Assembly: GCA_947085095.1 (NCBI GenBank)
Contig: CAMTVD010000004.1
Coordinates: 32,001 to 96,000 of the forward strand
DNA length: 64,000 nt
DNA from: an uncultured Thermus sp.
GTDB taxonomy: Bacteria; Deinococcota; Deinococci; Deinococcales; Thermaceae
Direction: 5' to 3'
A program made the translations under genes and the position numbers. Within the stretch, counting starts at the first letter, position 1. Every line of letters begins with the position of its first letter. Of the stretch, positions 28,896 to 39,583 are shown piece by piece. The notes below the pieces were generated by a model. The model worked only from the letters and a program-made list of their open reading frames with translations. It was not told the DNA's origin and ran no database searches.

Positions 28896-31343
28896 ATGCG
28901 CCCCGCCCTCCCTTCCCTCCTCTTCCTCTCCCTGGCCCTGGCCGCTAAGCCCGGGGAGGTCCTGGTCCTCCCCTTCCTGGGGCTTCCCGCTGGAGAGGTG
29001 GAGGTGGTCTCGGACCTCCCCCTTCTCCTCACGCCGGGCTCTGGGGAGGGGCCCCTCTTCGTGGTGGTGGAGGTCCCCAAGGAGGCCCCCCCGGGGCCCT
29101 ACCGGGTCTGCCTGAGGCCCAGGGTGGGAAGCGAGGTCTGCCAAAGGGTAGAGGTGGAAGCCCTCAGGGACCTGGAACTCCGCCCACCCCGGGAGGTCCA
29201 CGGCCAGACCCTCCCCCTCCTCCTGCGCAACCGGGGGAACGCGGCCGAAAGGGTGCACCTGGGAACCGCCGAGGGGAGCGAGGTGGACACGCCCCCCCTC
29301 GGCCTCACCCTGGCCCCGGGGGAGGAGCGGGTGGTGGAGCTTCCCCTCTTCGGCTATGGCCTCCTGAAGCTCGCCCTTTCCTGGGGTGATAGGAAGGCCC
29401 TCCACCTGATCCGGGTCCTCCCCGAAGGAGGAAAGCCCCTCCCCTACACACTCCAAGGGCGGGTGGAGGGGAGGTACCGGGGGGAGGATCCCTTCGCCTT
29501 CCGGCTCTCCCTGGAGGGCCCCCTCGCCCGAGAAGTGGGGGTGGGGTTCGTGGGGGGCACGGAGGCCCTGCGCCTCTCCTTGCGAACGGGCCCCTGGAGC
29601 GCCCGGCTCGGCCTTCTCCCCGCTTTGGAGGGGGGGATGACCTACCGGGAGGGCCCCCACGCCCTCTCCCTGGCCTACCCCTGGGCCCTGGAATGGACGT
29701 ACACGCCCAGGGAAACCTACCGCCTGCACCTTTCCCCCACCTCCCTCGCCCTGGGCTACGCCGACGGCACCTACGCCTTTGGGGCCAGCTTCCCTTGGAC
29801 CTTTACCTGGTCCTTTACAGGGGTTTCCCTCCGCCTGGAGCGCTACGGGGACCCCTACCTCTACGCCCGGTACGAGGGCGGGCTTTACGGGGGCTTCGCT
29901 TCGGGTCCCTGGCGAGGGGAAGTGGGTCTTGCACCTTTCGGACCCTCCGTGAGGCTCGCCCACACGGGTGAAGCCTTCGGGCTCACCTACGCCCTCCAGG
30001 GGGGGTACGCCGGAGGGCCAGAACTGGGCTTCGCCCTGGCCTATCCCCTTTCCCCTTTCACCCTCTCCTTGAGGGGAAACCTTCTGCCCCAGGGGGCCTT
30101 TGGCCTCGGCCTCGGGTACCGGGAGGGGAGTCTTTCGGGAGGCCTGGACCTGAGCCCGGGGAGGATTATGGCCCTGGTGGAGTGGCGGGAGGCCCCTTAC
30201 GCTTTCCGCCTGGAGGGGGGGTACACCGGGGGGTTCCGCTTCGCCCTCTCCGGGAGCTACGCCTTCCGCCTCCCCGTGCCCGAGGGGCTTACCCTGGCCC
30301 TGGGAGGGTACGAGCAGGCCCCGGTGGAGGGATGGGTGGAGGTCCTGGGAAGGCCCGTGGCGGGGGCCCGGGTACAGGGGAGGGAAAGCCGGGTGATCAC
30401 GGACGGGGATGGGCGCTTCCGCCTCTACGTATCCCGAGGGGGAGAGGCTTTGCGGGTGGACCCCCCGCCTGGCCTCCTGGCCTTGCCGGGGGAGGTGCGG
30501 GTCCGCCCCGGGGAAGGCCCCTACCGGGTGGAACTCACCCCAGCGGGGGCGGTGCGCCTCCTCTGCGAGGGGCCGGGGCAGGGGGCCTACCTCCTGGGAC
30601 CCGTGGGCCTCTTCCTGGCCTGCGGCAACCGGGCGGTGGTTCCTCCCGGGACCTACCGGGTGGAGCCCGTGGCCCCGAGGGGCTACCGAGGGGAAGGGCG
30701 CTCCTTGGAACTCGCCCCCCTGGCGGAGGCGGAGGTGGCCCTCAGCTTTACGCCCATCCCGGAGGAAAGACTGGAGGAAGCGAAGCCCCTGAGGGTGGAC
30801 TGGCCTCGGGCCCTCGCCCCGGGAGAGGTGGGGGAGGTCTTGGTGCGGGAAAGGGAGGAAGCGGAGCTCTTTGGGGCGCCCCTTTTGCGGAAGGACAAGG
30901 GCCCGGAGGGGATCCGCCTCCTTTTCCAGGTGCCGTGGGAAGCCCAGGGTTCCCTGGTCCTTAGGGTGAGGGCGGAAGGAAAGGAGGCGAGGTGGGTCGT
31001 GCCCCTGGACCCGGGAAAGCCCCTCCTCACCGTGGAGCTTTCGCCCCCCAGGGCCCCTCTCGGCGGAGAGGTGGAGGTACGCCTCCTCGCCCGCTTCCCC
31101 GCCGAGGGAGCCGAGGTCAACCTGGAGGGGGAAAGGCTCCTCGCCTTAAGCCCTTCCGGCGAGGGCCCCCCCTGGACCTTTGTGGGGAAGCTCCCCGTGA
31201 CCGAAGCCCTCGCCCCCAGGGCCACCCCTTTAGGGAACCTCCGCGCCCTTACCCTGGAGGTGCGGGCCTGGCAGGGGGAGAGGGAGGTGCGAACCAGGGT
31301 GCGCCTTCTTCTGGCCCTACCGGGCGCCACGCAAAGACCCTAA
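28896..31343 (+). CDS. 815-aa usher-like outer-membrane protein (N-terminal Ig domains, beta-barrel, C-terminal Ig/carboxypeptidase-regulatory-like domains)
   Basis: Signal MRPALPSLLFLSLALA; central Gly/aromatic amphipathic strands; GRPVAGARV...TDGDGRF; ORF-track start 28542 overlaps the upstream gene. Confidence 0.62.
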   Translation: MRPALPSLLFLSLALAAKPGEVLVLPFLGLPAGEVEVVSDLPLLLTPGSGEGPLFVVVEVPKEAPPGPYRVCLRPRVGSEVCQRVEVEALRDLELRPPREVHGQTLPLLLRNRGNAAERVHLGTAEGSEVDTPPLGLTLAPGEERVVELPLFGYGLLKLALSWGDRKALHLIRVLPEGGKPLPYTLQGRVEGRYRGEDPFAFRLSLEGPLAREVGVGFVGGTEALRLSLRTGPWSARLGLLPALEGGMTYREGPHALSLAYPWALEWTYTPRETYRLHLSPTSLALGYADGTYAFGASFPWTFTWSFTGVSLRLERYGDPYLYARYEGGLYGGFASGPWRGEVGLAPFGPSVRLAHTGEAFGLTYALQGGYAGGPELGFALAYPLSPFTLSLRGNLLPQGAFGLGLGYREGSLSGGLDLSPGRIMALVEWREAPYAFRLEGGYTGGFRFALSGSYAFRLPVPEGLTLALGGYEQAPVEGWVEVLGRPVAGARVQGRESRVITDGDGRFRLYVSRGGEALRVDPPPGLLALPGEVRVRPGEGPYRVELTPAGAVRLLCEGPGQGAYLLGPVGLFLACGNRAVVPPGTYRVEPVAPRGYRGEGRSLELAPLAEAEVALSFTPIPEERLEEAKPLRVDWPRALAPGEVGEVLVREREEAELFGAPLLRKDKGPEGIRLLFQVPWEAQGSLVLRVRAEGKEARWVVPLDPGKPLLTVELSPPRAPLGGEVEVRLLARFPAEGAEVNLEGERLLALSPSGEGPPWTFVGKLPVTEALAPRATPLGNLRALTLEVRAWQGEREVRTRVRLLLALPGATQRP

Positions 31344-31352
31344 ACTGAAGGG

Positions 31353-32234
31353 GTGGCGAAAATCCGGGTGGGCACGGCCAGCTGGACGGACGAGACCCTC
31401 CTCAACTCGGGATGGTACCCTCCCGAGGTGCGCCACCATCCCGAGAAACGCCTCCGGTACTACGCCCAGTTCTTTGACACCGTGGAGGTGGACAGCACCT
31501 TCTACGCCCTGCCCCGCCCTGAGGTGGTAGCCAAGTGGGCGGAGAGGACCCCGGAAGGTTTCCTCTTCCACGTGAAAGCTTATTCCGCCTTCACCGGGCA
31601 CGGCCTCGAGGCGGGAGCCCTCCCCAAGGACCTCCGGGCCCTGCTTCCCAGAAAAGAGGGCCACCTAACCCAGCGGGAGGTGCCCAAGGAGGTGGTGGAG
31701 GAGGCCTGGGGGCGCTTCTTCGCCGCCTTGGAGCCCCTTAGGGCGGCGGGGAAGCTGGGCTACCTTCACTTCGGCCTCCCCCCCTGGACCGAGCCCAAGC
31801 CCCGGAGCTTCCAGTACCTGGAGCACCTGGCGGAAAGGACCCAGGGCTACTGGGTGGCGGTGGAGTTCCGCAACCCCAAGTGGTACGTGGCCTGGGGTTT
31901 TGTCAAAAAGGAGCTCCTTCGCCTGGGCCTCATCCACGTGAGCGTGGACGCCCCTCCCCACCCCGAGGCCCCGCCCCGGGTCCTCGAGGCCACCCACCCG
32001 GTGGCCGTCCTCCGCTGCCACGGCCGCAACGCCGAAACCTGGAAGGGTCCCCACACCAGGCCCTACGAGCGCTTCAACTGGCGTTACAGCGAGGAGGAGC
32101 TAGAGGACCTGGCCCAGGCCGCCCGCGCCCTGGAGCAGGAGGCGGAGAAGGTCTTCGTCATCTTCAACAACAACTACGGCACCCAAGGGGTGGAGGCGGC
32201 CTCGAGGCTCAAGGTCCTTCTGGGCCTTGGCTAA
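31353..32234 (+). CDS. DUF72 (YecE-like) protein
   Basis: VGTASW, YAQFFDTVEVDSTFY, VEFRN, HGRN, FNN motifs. Confidence 0.9.
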   Translation: MAKIRVGTASWTDETLLNSGWYPPEVRHHPEKRLRYYAQFFDTVEVDSTFYALPRPEVVAKWAERTPEGFLFHVKAYSAFTGHGLEAGALPKDLRALLPRKEGHLTQREVPKEVVEEAWGRFFAALEPLRAAGKLGYLHFGLPPWTEPKPRSFQYLEHLAERTQGYWVAVEFRNPKWYVAWGFVKKELLRLGLIHVSVDAPPHPEAPPRVLEATHPVAVLRCHGRNAETWKGPHTRPYERFNWRYSEEELEDLAQAARALEQEAEKVFVIFNNNYGTQGVEAASRLKVLLGLG

Positions 32235-32240
32235 TGCCCC

Positions 32241-33545
32241 CTACGCCAGGACCCCGTGGAGGTCGTGGGTGTCCGCCCGGGTGATGCGCACCCGGACCCT
32301 CTCCCCCACCCGCACCGTGCCGTCCGTCTCCACGTAGACCACCCCGTCAATGCCCGGGGAGTCCCGGTAGGAGCGGCCTATGGCCAGGGCGGGCTCGGGA
32401 AGCTCGTCCACCAGGACCTCCAGGGTCTTGCCCACGAAGCCCTGGTTCTTCCTCAGGCTGATTCTCGCCTGGTGCTGCAACAGCCTGGCCCGGCGCTCCT
32501 CCTTGACCTCCTCGGGCACGGGGTCGGGCAGAAGGTTGGCCTCCGCCCCCTCCACGGGGGAGTAGGCGAAGACCCCCACCCGGTCCAACTCGGCCGCCTC
32601 GAGGAAGTCCAAAAGGCGCTGGAAGTCCTCCTCCGTCTCCCCGGGAAAGCCCACGATGAAGGTGGAGCGGATGGCCAGCTCCGGCACCACCTCCCGCCAG
32701 GCCTTCAGGGTCTTCAGATGGCTCTCGTACCCCCCCGGGCGGCGCATGAGGCGGAGGATCCTCTCCGAAGCGTGCTGCAGGGGCACGTCCAGGTAGGGGA
32801 GGACCTTCCCCTCGGCCATGAGGGGAAGAAGATCCCGCACGTGGGGGTAGGGGTAGACGTAGTGGAGCCGGATCCAGGCCCCAAACTCCGCCATGTTCTC
32901 CAGGAGGTCCCTGAGGTGGGCCCGCACCAGGCGGTCGCCGTAGAAGCTCTCTCGATGGGCGAGGTCCACCCCGTAAGCGGACAGGTCCTGGGCGATGAGG
33001 AGGAGCTCCTTGGTGCCCGTGGCCACCAACCTTTTGGCCTCCGCCAATACCTCGGCGGCGTCCCGGGAGCGCAACCCTCCCCGAAGCTTGGGGATGATGC
33101 AGAAACTGCAGCGGTGGTCGCACCCCTCGGAAAGCTTGAGGTAGGCGTAGTGACGGGGGGTGAGCTTGACCTGGGGCGGGACGAGGTCCAAGAAGGGGTC
33201 CCGGGGGGCGGGAAGCGTCGCCTGGACCGCCTCCAGCACTTGGTCCACCTCCCCGGGGCCGGTCACCGCCAAGACCGCCGGGTGGTTCTCCAGGATGACC
33301 CCAGGTCTGGCCCCCAGGCACCCGGTAACCACCACCTTCCCGTTCTCCCTCAGGGCCTCCCCGATGGCCTGTAGGCTCTCCTCCACCGCAGGGGTGATGA
33401 AGCCGCAGGTGTTGACGATGACCAGCTCCGCCTCGTGGTAGGTGGGGCTCGTCTCGTAGCCCAGCGCCTTCAGCCGGGAAAGGATCTGCTCGGAATCCAC
33501 CAAGGCCTTGGGGCACCCCAGGCTCACAAAGCCGATCTTCGCCAT
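32241..33545 (-). CDS. rimO: Ribosomal protein S12 methylthiotransferase
   Basis: [33 protein letters not shown] radical-SAM motif, TRAM domain. Confidence 0.95.
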   Translation of the reverse strand: MAKIGFVSLGCPKALVDSEQILSRLKALGYETSPTYHEAELVIVNTCGFITPAVEESLQAIGEALRENGKVVVTGCLGARPGVILENHPAVLAVTGPGEVDQVLEAVQATLPAPRDPFLDLVPPQVKLTPRHYAYLKLSEGCDHRCSFCIIPKLRGGLRSRDAAEVLAEAKRLVATGTKELLLIAQDLSAYGVDLAHRESFYGDRLVRAHLRDLLENMAEFGAWIRLHYVYPYPHVRDLLPLMAEGKVLPYLDVPLQHASERILRLMRRPGGYESHLKTLKAWREVVPELAIRSTFIVGFPGETEEDFQRLLDFLEAAELDRVGVFAYSPVEGAEANLLPDPVPEEVKEERRARLLQHQARISLRKNQGFVGKTLEVLVDELPEPALAIGRSYRDSPGIDGVVYVETDGTVRVGERVRVRITRADTHDLHGVLA

Positions 33546-33594
33546 ACGCCTCCTGGGGCCTAGGACCCCGACAGAGAAAGAGTATACGCTAAGA

Positions 33595-34446
33595 CTAGGG
33601 AAAGCTCCGGGTGAGGGGCCTGCCCACCTCCCCCATGGGGCCCAGGTCCTTGCCCTCCAACACCACCCGCACCGCCCCAGGGTTGCCGGCGCGCACCTCC
33701 ACGGGAAGGTCAAAGACGAGCTCGGCTCCCACCTGGGGAATCCCCTCATAGAGGCGCTTTTCCCCCTGGGTCACGCGAAGCCAGCTCCGGCCTTCCAGCC
33801 TTAGCACCAGCTTGCCTGGCCGCCCCTGGGCAGGGGGTGGGGCCTCGGGCAGGGGCTTTAAGCGGTAGGAAAGGGAAAGGGGTTTTTCCAGAAGAATGGC
33901 CTCCTCCACAGCCTCGTGGCCGGGGAGCTCCAGGCGGAGGAGGCGCTTCCCCCCTTCCACGGGGGGGCTTTGCAAGGGGGTCTGGCCCAGGTAAAAGCCG
34001 TCCAGGTACACCCTGGCCCCCGAAGGCTCGGAATCCACCCGCAAGGGGTAGCGCTCCGGCCTCTCTGGGGGGGACGCTGGGGCCACCTCCACCACCTGGG
34101 GAGGGGCCTGCCTCAGGAGGAGGTAGCCCCCGTAGCCCAGGAGAAGGGCCAGGGGCAGAAGGAGAAGCCACAGGGGAAAAGGCCGCCTTCTTGGCCCCTC
34201 CTGGGGAGCTGGGGGAGGCTCTGGGGCGGGGTAGAGGGCCAGGAGGGGCCCGGGGTCCAGGCCCAGGAGGAGGGCGTAGCGGCGCAGGTACCCCCGGGCC
34301 AGGGCCGGTTCGGGAAGGTCCTCAAAGCGGCACTCCTCCAAGGCCTGGAGGACCTTGGCCTTCAAGGCCAGGCGCGAGGCGGCCTCCCTCAGGGAAAGCC
34401 CCTTCTCCTCCCGGGCCCGCCGCAACCTTTCCCCTAGCTCGCACAC
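33595..34446 (-). CDS. RodZ-like protein (HTH, TM, PEGA, DUF4115)
   Basis: [16 protein letters not shown]...[32 protein letters not shown]...AGNPG. Confidence 0.82.
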   Translation of the reverse strand: MCELGERLRRAREEKGLSLREAASRLALKAKVLQALEECRFEDLPEPALARGYLRRYALLLGLDPGPLLALYPAPEPPPAPQEGPRRRPFPLWLLLLPLALLLGYGGYLLLRQAPPQVVEVAPASPPERPERYPLRVDSEPSGARVYLDGFYLGQTPLQSPPVEGGKRLLRLELPGHEAVEEAILLEKPLSLSYRLKPLPEAPPPAQGRPGKLVLRLEGRSWLRVTQGEKRLYEGIPQVGAELVFDLPVEVRAGNPGAVRVVLEGKDLGPMGEVGRPLTRSFP

Positions 34447-34450
34447 AAGG

Positions 34451-35296
34451 CTATTCTAGCCCGGCCCAGGCCAGGGCCACCTGGGCCGCCAGGCGGGCGT
34501 TCTCCAGGAGGAGGCGTCCGTTCACCCGGTCCGTCTCCCCCCGGGAGAGCCCGGACAGCTTGCGGAGAAGGTAGGGGGTGAGGGCCTTACCGCGGACCCC
34601 TTCCCGAGCAGCCTGGCGGTTCGCTTCCTCCACCATCTGGAGGACCTCCTCGTAGGGGAGTCCCTGGGAAACGGGGTTCGCCAGAAGAACCGCCCCCAGG
34701 CCCAGTTCCCTGGCCTTTCTCAGGACCAGGGCGGCCTCGAGGGGGGTCTCCACCCGGGCGGGCACCGGGTAGGGGGAGGTGGGGGAGTAGAAGGCGGGAA
34801 GGCGGTCGGTACGGTAGCCCAGCAGGGCCACCCCCAGGGTCTCCAGCCTCTCCAGGGTGGCCTCCAGGTTCAGGATGGCCTTAGGGCCGGAGGAGACCAC
34901 CAGGATGGGGGTACGGGAAAGGGCGAGAAGATCGGCGCTTTCGTCGTAGGGCTCGGGGTGGACCCCGCCGATCCCTCCGGTGGCGAAGACGGCGATCCCG
35001 TGGCGGTGGGCCAGGTGGGCCGTGGCCGCCACCGTGGTCCCGGCGCTCCTTCCCCCTGCTAGGAGGGCGGCCAGGTTCCAAAGGCTGGCCTTGTCCGCCC
35101 CCCCGCGGGCCAAAAGCTCCTTCTCCTCCGGGGTGAGGCCCACCCGCACCCCGCCCCGCACCAGGGCGATGGTCCTGGGCACGGCCCCTTCCTCCCGCAC
35201 CGCCTCCTCCAAGGCCTCTAGGGTGCGCAGGTTCATGGGGTAGGGCAGGCCGTGGGTGAGGACAGCGGACTCCAGGGCCACCAAGGCTTCCGGCAT
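34451..35296 (-). CDS. psuG: Pseudouridine-5'-phosphate glycosidase
   Basis: ALESAVLTHGLPYP, TTVAAT, FATGGIGGVH, SADL, GKALTPYLL. Confidence 0.93.
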   Translation of the reverse strand: MPEALVALESAVLTHGLPYPMNLRTLEALEEAVREEGAVPRTIALVRGGVRVGLTPEEKELLARGGADKASLWNLAALLAGGRSAGTTVAATAHLAHRHGIAVFATGGIGGVHPEPYDESADLLALSRTPILVVSSGPKAILNLEATLERLETLGVALLGYRTDRLPAFYSPTSPYPVPARVETPLEAALVLRKARELGLGAVLLANPVSQGLPYEEVLQMVEEANRQAAREGVRGKALTPYLLRKLSGLSRGETDRVNGRLLLENARLAAQVALAWAGLE

Positions 35297-35311
35297 GGGG
35301 GCAGTATACGC

Positions 35312-36055
35312 CTAGACCTCGGGCCAGACCAAAACCTCCTCCCCCACCTTGAGGCCGTGGAAGAGGAGGAGCTCGGGGGCCAGCCTGAGCTCCACCCCGA
35401 GGCCCTCCACCCCCTCCACCGCCAAGGAGGCCTCCTCCTTTCCCCGCACCCTAACCCGGGCAAACCCCCCGTAGTGAGCGCGCCAGGCGGCGAGGAGGAG
35501 GGCGTCCAGCTGGCCCCCCCGCCTGCCCAAAGCCACCCGCAGGCGGGCGGTGTGGGGTATCCGGGGGAGGACCTCCACGAGGCGCAGGCGGGCCAGGTGT
35601 CCCAGGCGCTTTAGCACTTCGCTGAGGGGAAGGCCGGTGACGGGGAGGAGGTCCAGGGGGCTTTTCCCCTCCCCCAAGGTGGTGATAAGGGCGAGCTCGG
35701 TGGGCTCGAGGGTGGCCCCTCTGGCCCGGGGCGTGGGGCGCACCAGGTCAAAGGGCCCCACCTCCACCCCCTCGTCCAGAAGGCGGAGGGCCTCGAGGAG
35801 GTACCCCTCCAGGGGCCCCTGCAGGGAGGTCTGGGGGGGGCTCTCCCCCCGGAGGAAGGCAAACCTCCCCTCCCGCAGGGAGAGGATGGCCAGGAGGGCC
35901 TCCTTGCCCACCTTTCCCTGGTAAGAGGCGTGGACCGGCCTTCCCCCCTCCAGGTACACCTCACCCCCCTCCACCCGGAAAGCCCCGGTCTTCCCCCCGT
36001 GGGCGAGGAGCTGCAGGAGGTCAATGGGTCCTAAGAGGCGGAAATCGCCTTCCAT
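35312..36055 (-). CDS. DUF4388 domain protein
   Basis: MEGDFRLLGPIDLLQLL...KTG...EGRFAF N-terminal DUF4388 pattern. Confidence 0.8.
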   Translation of the reverse strand: MEGDFRLLGPIDLLQLLAHGGKTGAFRVEGGEVYLEGGRPVHASYQGKVGKEALLAILSLREGRFAFLRGESPPQTSLQGPLEGYLLEALRLLDEGVEVGPFDLVRPTPRARGATLEPTELALITTLGEGKSPLDLLPVTGLPLSEVLKRLGHLARLRLVEVLPRIPHTARLRVALGRRGGQLDALLLAAWRAHYGGFARVRVRGKEEASLAVEGVEGLGVELRLAPELLLFHGLKVGEEVLVWPEV

Positions 36056-36819
36056 AAGGCTCCCAAATACCCTTCGCCGAAGAAGTGCACGTGGGCCAGG
36101 AGGTAGTAAACCTGGTAGCGGGGGAGGGCCCTTTCCACCTCTTCGGGAATGGGGTAAACCTCCCCGTAAGCCTGCCAGAAAACCCGGGGAAACCCCCCGA
36201 AGAGGCGCATCATGGCCAGGTCCACTCCTCGCTCCCCCAGAAAAAAGGAGGGGTCCAGAAGGGCCGGGCCCTCCTCGGCAAAGTGGACGTTCCCCCGCCA
36301 CAGGTCCCCGTGGAGGGGGGTGGGGCCCTCCACGGGAAGGGGCCTCGCGTAAAGGGCCTCCACCCTGGGGCCCAGTCCCCCTAACCGGTCCCAGGTGGCC
36401 CTAAGCAGGGGTTCCACGCACCGCAGGAAGAAGAACTCCGTCCACTCCCCCCCTTCCCGCGCCGGGAGGGGAAAGGTGCCCAAGAAGCCCGCCTCGGCCC
36501 CATACGCCCCTTCCCGCCTCTGGTGCAGAAAGGCCAGCGTCCGGGCCAAGGAGGCCCAGTCCTCCGCCCCGGGGGGCAGATACTCCAAAACGATTCCCTC
36601 CTCCCCCCACCAGTAAACCCCAGGCACCCGCACCCCCCTCTCCCCCAGGGCCTTTAACCCCCTGGCCTCCGCCCGGAATAGGCCCAGGGGGGCCTGGTCC
36701 GCCGTCTTCACCACGTAGGGCCCCACGCGATAGACGCGGGAGATATCCCCCCCGTGCAGGGGAGTGACGGGCCCCAGGGGCTCAAGCCCCGCCTTCCTCA
36801 AGAGGGACAGGGGGTCCAT
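36031..36819 (-). CDS. Fructosamine kinase family protein
   Basis: GGDIS, AEARGL, LHGDLWRGN, DLAMMRLFGGF. Confidence 0.9.
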   Translation of the reverse strand: MDPLSLLRKAGLEPLGPVTPLHGGDISRVYRVGPYVVKTADQAPLGLFRAEARGLKALGERGVRVPGVYWWGEEGIVLEYLPPGAEDWASLARTLAFLHQRREGAYGAEAGFLGTFPLPAREGGEWTEFFFLRCVEPLLRATWDRLGGLGPRVEALYARPLPVEGPTPLHGDLWRGNVHFAEEGPALLDPSFFLGERGVDLAMMRLFGGFPRVFWQAYGEVYPIPEEVERALPRYQVYYLLAHVHFFGEGYLGALWKAISAS

Positions 36820-37267
36820 GCCTCTCCAGGAAGGCCCGGCAGGCGGCCTCCACCATCCAGTAAGCCTCCCGGCAGTCCTGGAGGTCCCCGTGGTAGGGGT
36901 CGGGCACCTCCCCCCCTCCTAGGTGGTGCAAAAGGAGGCGCGCCTTGCCCCGGGCCTCGGGAAAGCGGCGGAGAACCTCCCGCAGGTTTTCCCGGTCCAT
37001 GACCAGGATGTGGTCGTAGTGGAGGGCATCCTCCCGGGTCATCTGCCGGGCCACGTGGGGGAAATAGGCCCCTTCCTCCTCCAGGACCCGCCGGGCCCGG
37101 GGGTCCATGGGCTCCCCCGCGTGCCAGGCCCCGGTACCCGCGGAGTCCACTTCAAAAAGGCCCTCGAGGCCCCTTTCCCTAAGGAGCTTGCGGAAGGCCC
37201 CTTCCGCCAAGGGGCTTCGGCAGATGTTCCCCAAGCAGACGAAGAGCACGCGCACCGGGCGGTCCAT
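36782..37267 (-). CDS. Low-molecular-weight protein tyrosine phosphatase
   Basis: CLGNICRS P-loop and VPDPY. Confidence 0.95.
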   Translation of the reverse strand: MDRPVRVLFVCLGNICRSPLAEGAFRKLLRERGLEGLFEVDSAGTGAWHAGEPMDPRARRVLEEEGAYFPHVARQMTREDALHYDHILVMDRENLREVLRRFPEARGKARLLLHHLGGGEVPDPYHGDLQDCREAYWMVEAACRAFLERHGPPVPLEEGGA

Positions 37268-37284
37268 GCCCCCATGATACGTTC

Positions 37285-38832
37285 CTAATAGGGCACCTCC
37301 GCCACCACCTCCGTACCTCCCCCGGGCTCCGAGCGCACCAGGAAGCGCCCCCCCCTGGCCTCCACCCTCTCCCGCATCTGGACGAGACCAAACCCCCCAA
37401 GCCCCCCGGCCTCCGGCTGGGCGAAACCCCGGCCATTGTCCCGCACCACAAGCCTCGCCCCCCGCTCCCCCAAAGCCTCCAAAACCACCTCCACCCGGGT
37501 GGGTTTGCCGTGCTTGGCGGCGTTGGTGAGGGCCTCCTGCAGGACCCTAAAGAGGACCAGCTCGCTGGCCTGGGAGAGGCCCACCCCCTCGGGCAAGGCC
37601 AGCTGCACCCTAAACCCCGCCTGCTCGGCGAAGGCCTGGGCGTAGCGGCGCACGGACTCCAAAAAGCCGTAGCGCTCCAGGTCAATGGGCCTCAGGGCGA
37701 AGATGCTCCGCCGGACCTCGCGGATCTGGGCCCTGAGGGTCTCCTTCACCTCCTGGAGCGCCCTGAGGGCGGACTCCCGGTCCTTGTCCAAGAGCCTCTC
37801 CACCAGGTCCAGCTTCAGGGCCATAAAGGCCAGGCTCTGGGCGATGCCATCGTGGATCTCCCGGGCGATGCGGGTGCGCTCCTCGTTGATGGCCAGCTCC
37901 TCCGCCCGCAGGTAGGCCTGGGCGTTGCGCACCGCCAGGGCCACCTGGGAGCCCAGGAAGGAGAGAAAAGGGATCCGCCGGGAAAGCCCCCTTCCCCTCA
38001 CCACCAGGACCCCCACGGGCTCCCGGGCCTTGAGGGGCAGGGCCAAGGTGTCCGGGGCCACGAAGACCGGTCCCGCCAGGGCCCCTTTCCAAGGACCTTC
38101 GGGAAGAAAGGGGTGGGCGGGAAGGCCCAGGTCCCGCACCACCCGGGGTACCAGGAAGCCCTCCTCGTCCAAAAGGAGCACCCCCGCCCCCTCCGCCTCA
38201 GCCCAGGCGCGGATGCGCTCCAGAAGCCCCTCCAGCAGCCGGTCCAGGTTGGCCTCCGCCTTCAGGGCCTGGTCCACCTCGTAAAGGGTGAGGAGGTCCC
38301 GGCTCCGGGCCACCACCGCCTGCAAGGCCCCCCCCACCTCGTGGGCCAGGACCTCCAGAAAACCCCGGTCGGGGTGGGGGGCGCAGGCCTCCAGGTGGCC
38401 CCTGAGCCCGGGAAGCTCCACCCTGAGGCCCTCGCACTCGCTCCCCGCCCTTACCCCCTCCACCTCCAGGGCCAAGGGATGGCCCAGACTCTCTTCCAGG
38501 ACCCGGGCTACGCGGTGGACGGCCTCCTCGAGGTTCTGGCTCTCCAAGGCCTCGCGGAATACCCGCCCCGCTGCCAAAAGCCTCCGGTTAGCCTCCTCCA
38601 AGGCCCTCTCCGCCCGGGCCCTTTCCAGCACCTCTTGGGCGATCCACTCCAAGACGGCATAGGTGACCAGAGGCCCCACCAGGCCGTAAAAGCCCAGGCG
38701 GAACCAAAGGGCAAAGTCCTGGTGGCGGTAGGGCAGAAGGGCCAGCTCAACGACCACCACCACCAGGGCGATGGCCGGGGGGAGGAGGCGTTGCGCCAAG
38801 CGCACCAGGAGAAGCAGGTTCTGGCTAGCCAT
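37285..38832 (-). CDS. GAF-containing HisKA_3 sensor histidine kinase
   Basis: Two N-terminal TMs, GAF, EERTRIAREIHDGIAQ, QEALTNAAKH, DNGRGF. Confidence 0.9.
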   Translation of the reverse strand: MASQNLLLLVRLAQRLLPPAIALVVVVVELALLPYRHQDFALWFRLGFYGLVGPLVTYAVLEWIAQEVLERARAERALEEANRRLLAAGRVFREALESQNLEEAVHRVARVLEESLGHPLALEVEGVRAGSECEGLRVELPGLRGHLEACAPHPDRGFLEVLAHEVGGALQAVVARSRDLLTLYEVDQALKAEANLDRLLEGLLERIRAWAEAEGAGVLLLDEEGFLVPRVVRDLGLPAHPFLPEGPWKGALAGPVFVAPDTLALPLKAREPVGVLVVRGRGLSRRIPFLSFLGSQVALAVRNAQAYLRAEELAINEERTRIAREIHDGIAQSLAFMALKLDLVERLLDKDRESALRALQEVKETLRAQIREVRRSIFALRPIDLERYGFLESVRRYAQAFAEQAGFRVQLALPEGVGLSQASELVLFRVLQEALTNAAKHGKPTRVEVVLEALGERGARLVVRDNGRGFAQPEAGGLGGFGLVQMRERVEARGGRFLVRSEPGGGTEVVAEVPY

Positions 38833-39583
38833 CTCTCTTCCCCATCTGGTAGCGGCTTTGGTGGAGGAGGCCCCTTAGCATCTGGACCTCCCCGGGGCTG
38901 AGCCTGGCCTTGTGGAAAATGCGCCTCAAGCGGCGCATGGCGTAGGGAAAGCGCTTCTCGTCGGTGAAGCCGATCTCCAAGATGTAGCGCCCCAGGTCGG
39001 CAAAGAGGCCCTCGAGGGCCGAGGTCTCCGCCAACACCTCCTTCCCTACCCCAGGCCCAGCCGCCGAAGCAGAACCCTCCTGCAACGCCGCCCGGAAGAG
39101 CTCGTAGGCGAAGACGACCACCGCCTGGGCCAGGTTCAAGGAGGGTTGCTCCGGGGCGGTGGGGATGGTGCCGATCACGTGGGCCAGGTCCAGCTCCTCG
39201 TTGGTGAGGCCAAAAGTCTCCCGGCCGAAGACCAAGGCCACCTCCCCCTTCACCGGCAGGACATGCCCGGGCACCTCCCAAACGGGAACCACCGGGGCCG
39301 GGTAAAGCTCCCGGGGTCTCCCCGTGGTGGCCACCACCAGGCGCACCCCGGTCAAGGCCTCCCTTAGATTCCCCACGGCCACCGCCTGGTCCAGGACCTC
39401 CTCCGCATGCACCGCAACCCAGTAGGCCTCCCTGGCCCAGGGGGGGCCCACACGGGAAGAGGGGTTGACCACGTACAGTCGGGAAAGCCCAAAGTTGCGC
39501 ATGGCCCGGGCCACCGCTCCCAGGTTCATGGGCTCCTGGGGCTCCACCAGCACCACCCGCACGCGATCCAGAACCCCCTTCAT
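38825..39583 (-). CDS. trmJ: TrmJ-family SPOUT RNA methyltransferase
   Basis: VVLVEP..PMNLGAVARAMRNFG, LVFGRETFGLTNEE, SLNLAQAV. Confidence 0.85.
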   Translation of the reverse strand: MKGVLDRVRVVLVEPQEPMNLGAVARAMRNFGLSRLYVVNPSSRVGPPWAREAYWVAVHAEEVLDQAVAVGNLREALTGVRLVVATTGRPRELYPAPVVPVWEVPGHVLPVKGEVALVFGRETFGLTNEELDLAHVIGTIPTAPEQPSLNLAQAVVVFAYELFRAALQEGSASAAGPGVGKEVLAETSALEGLFADLGRYILEIGFTDEKRFPYAMRRLRRIFHKARLSPGEVQMLRGLLHQSRYQMGKRDG

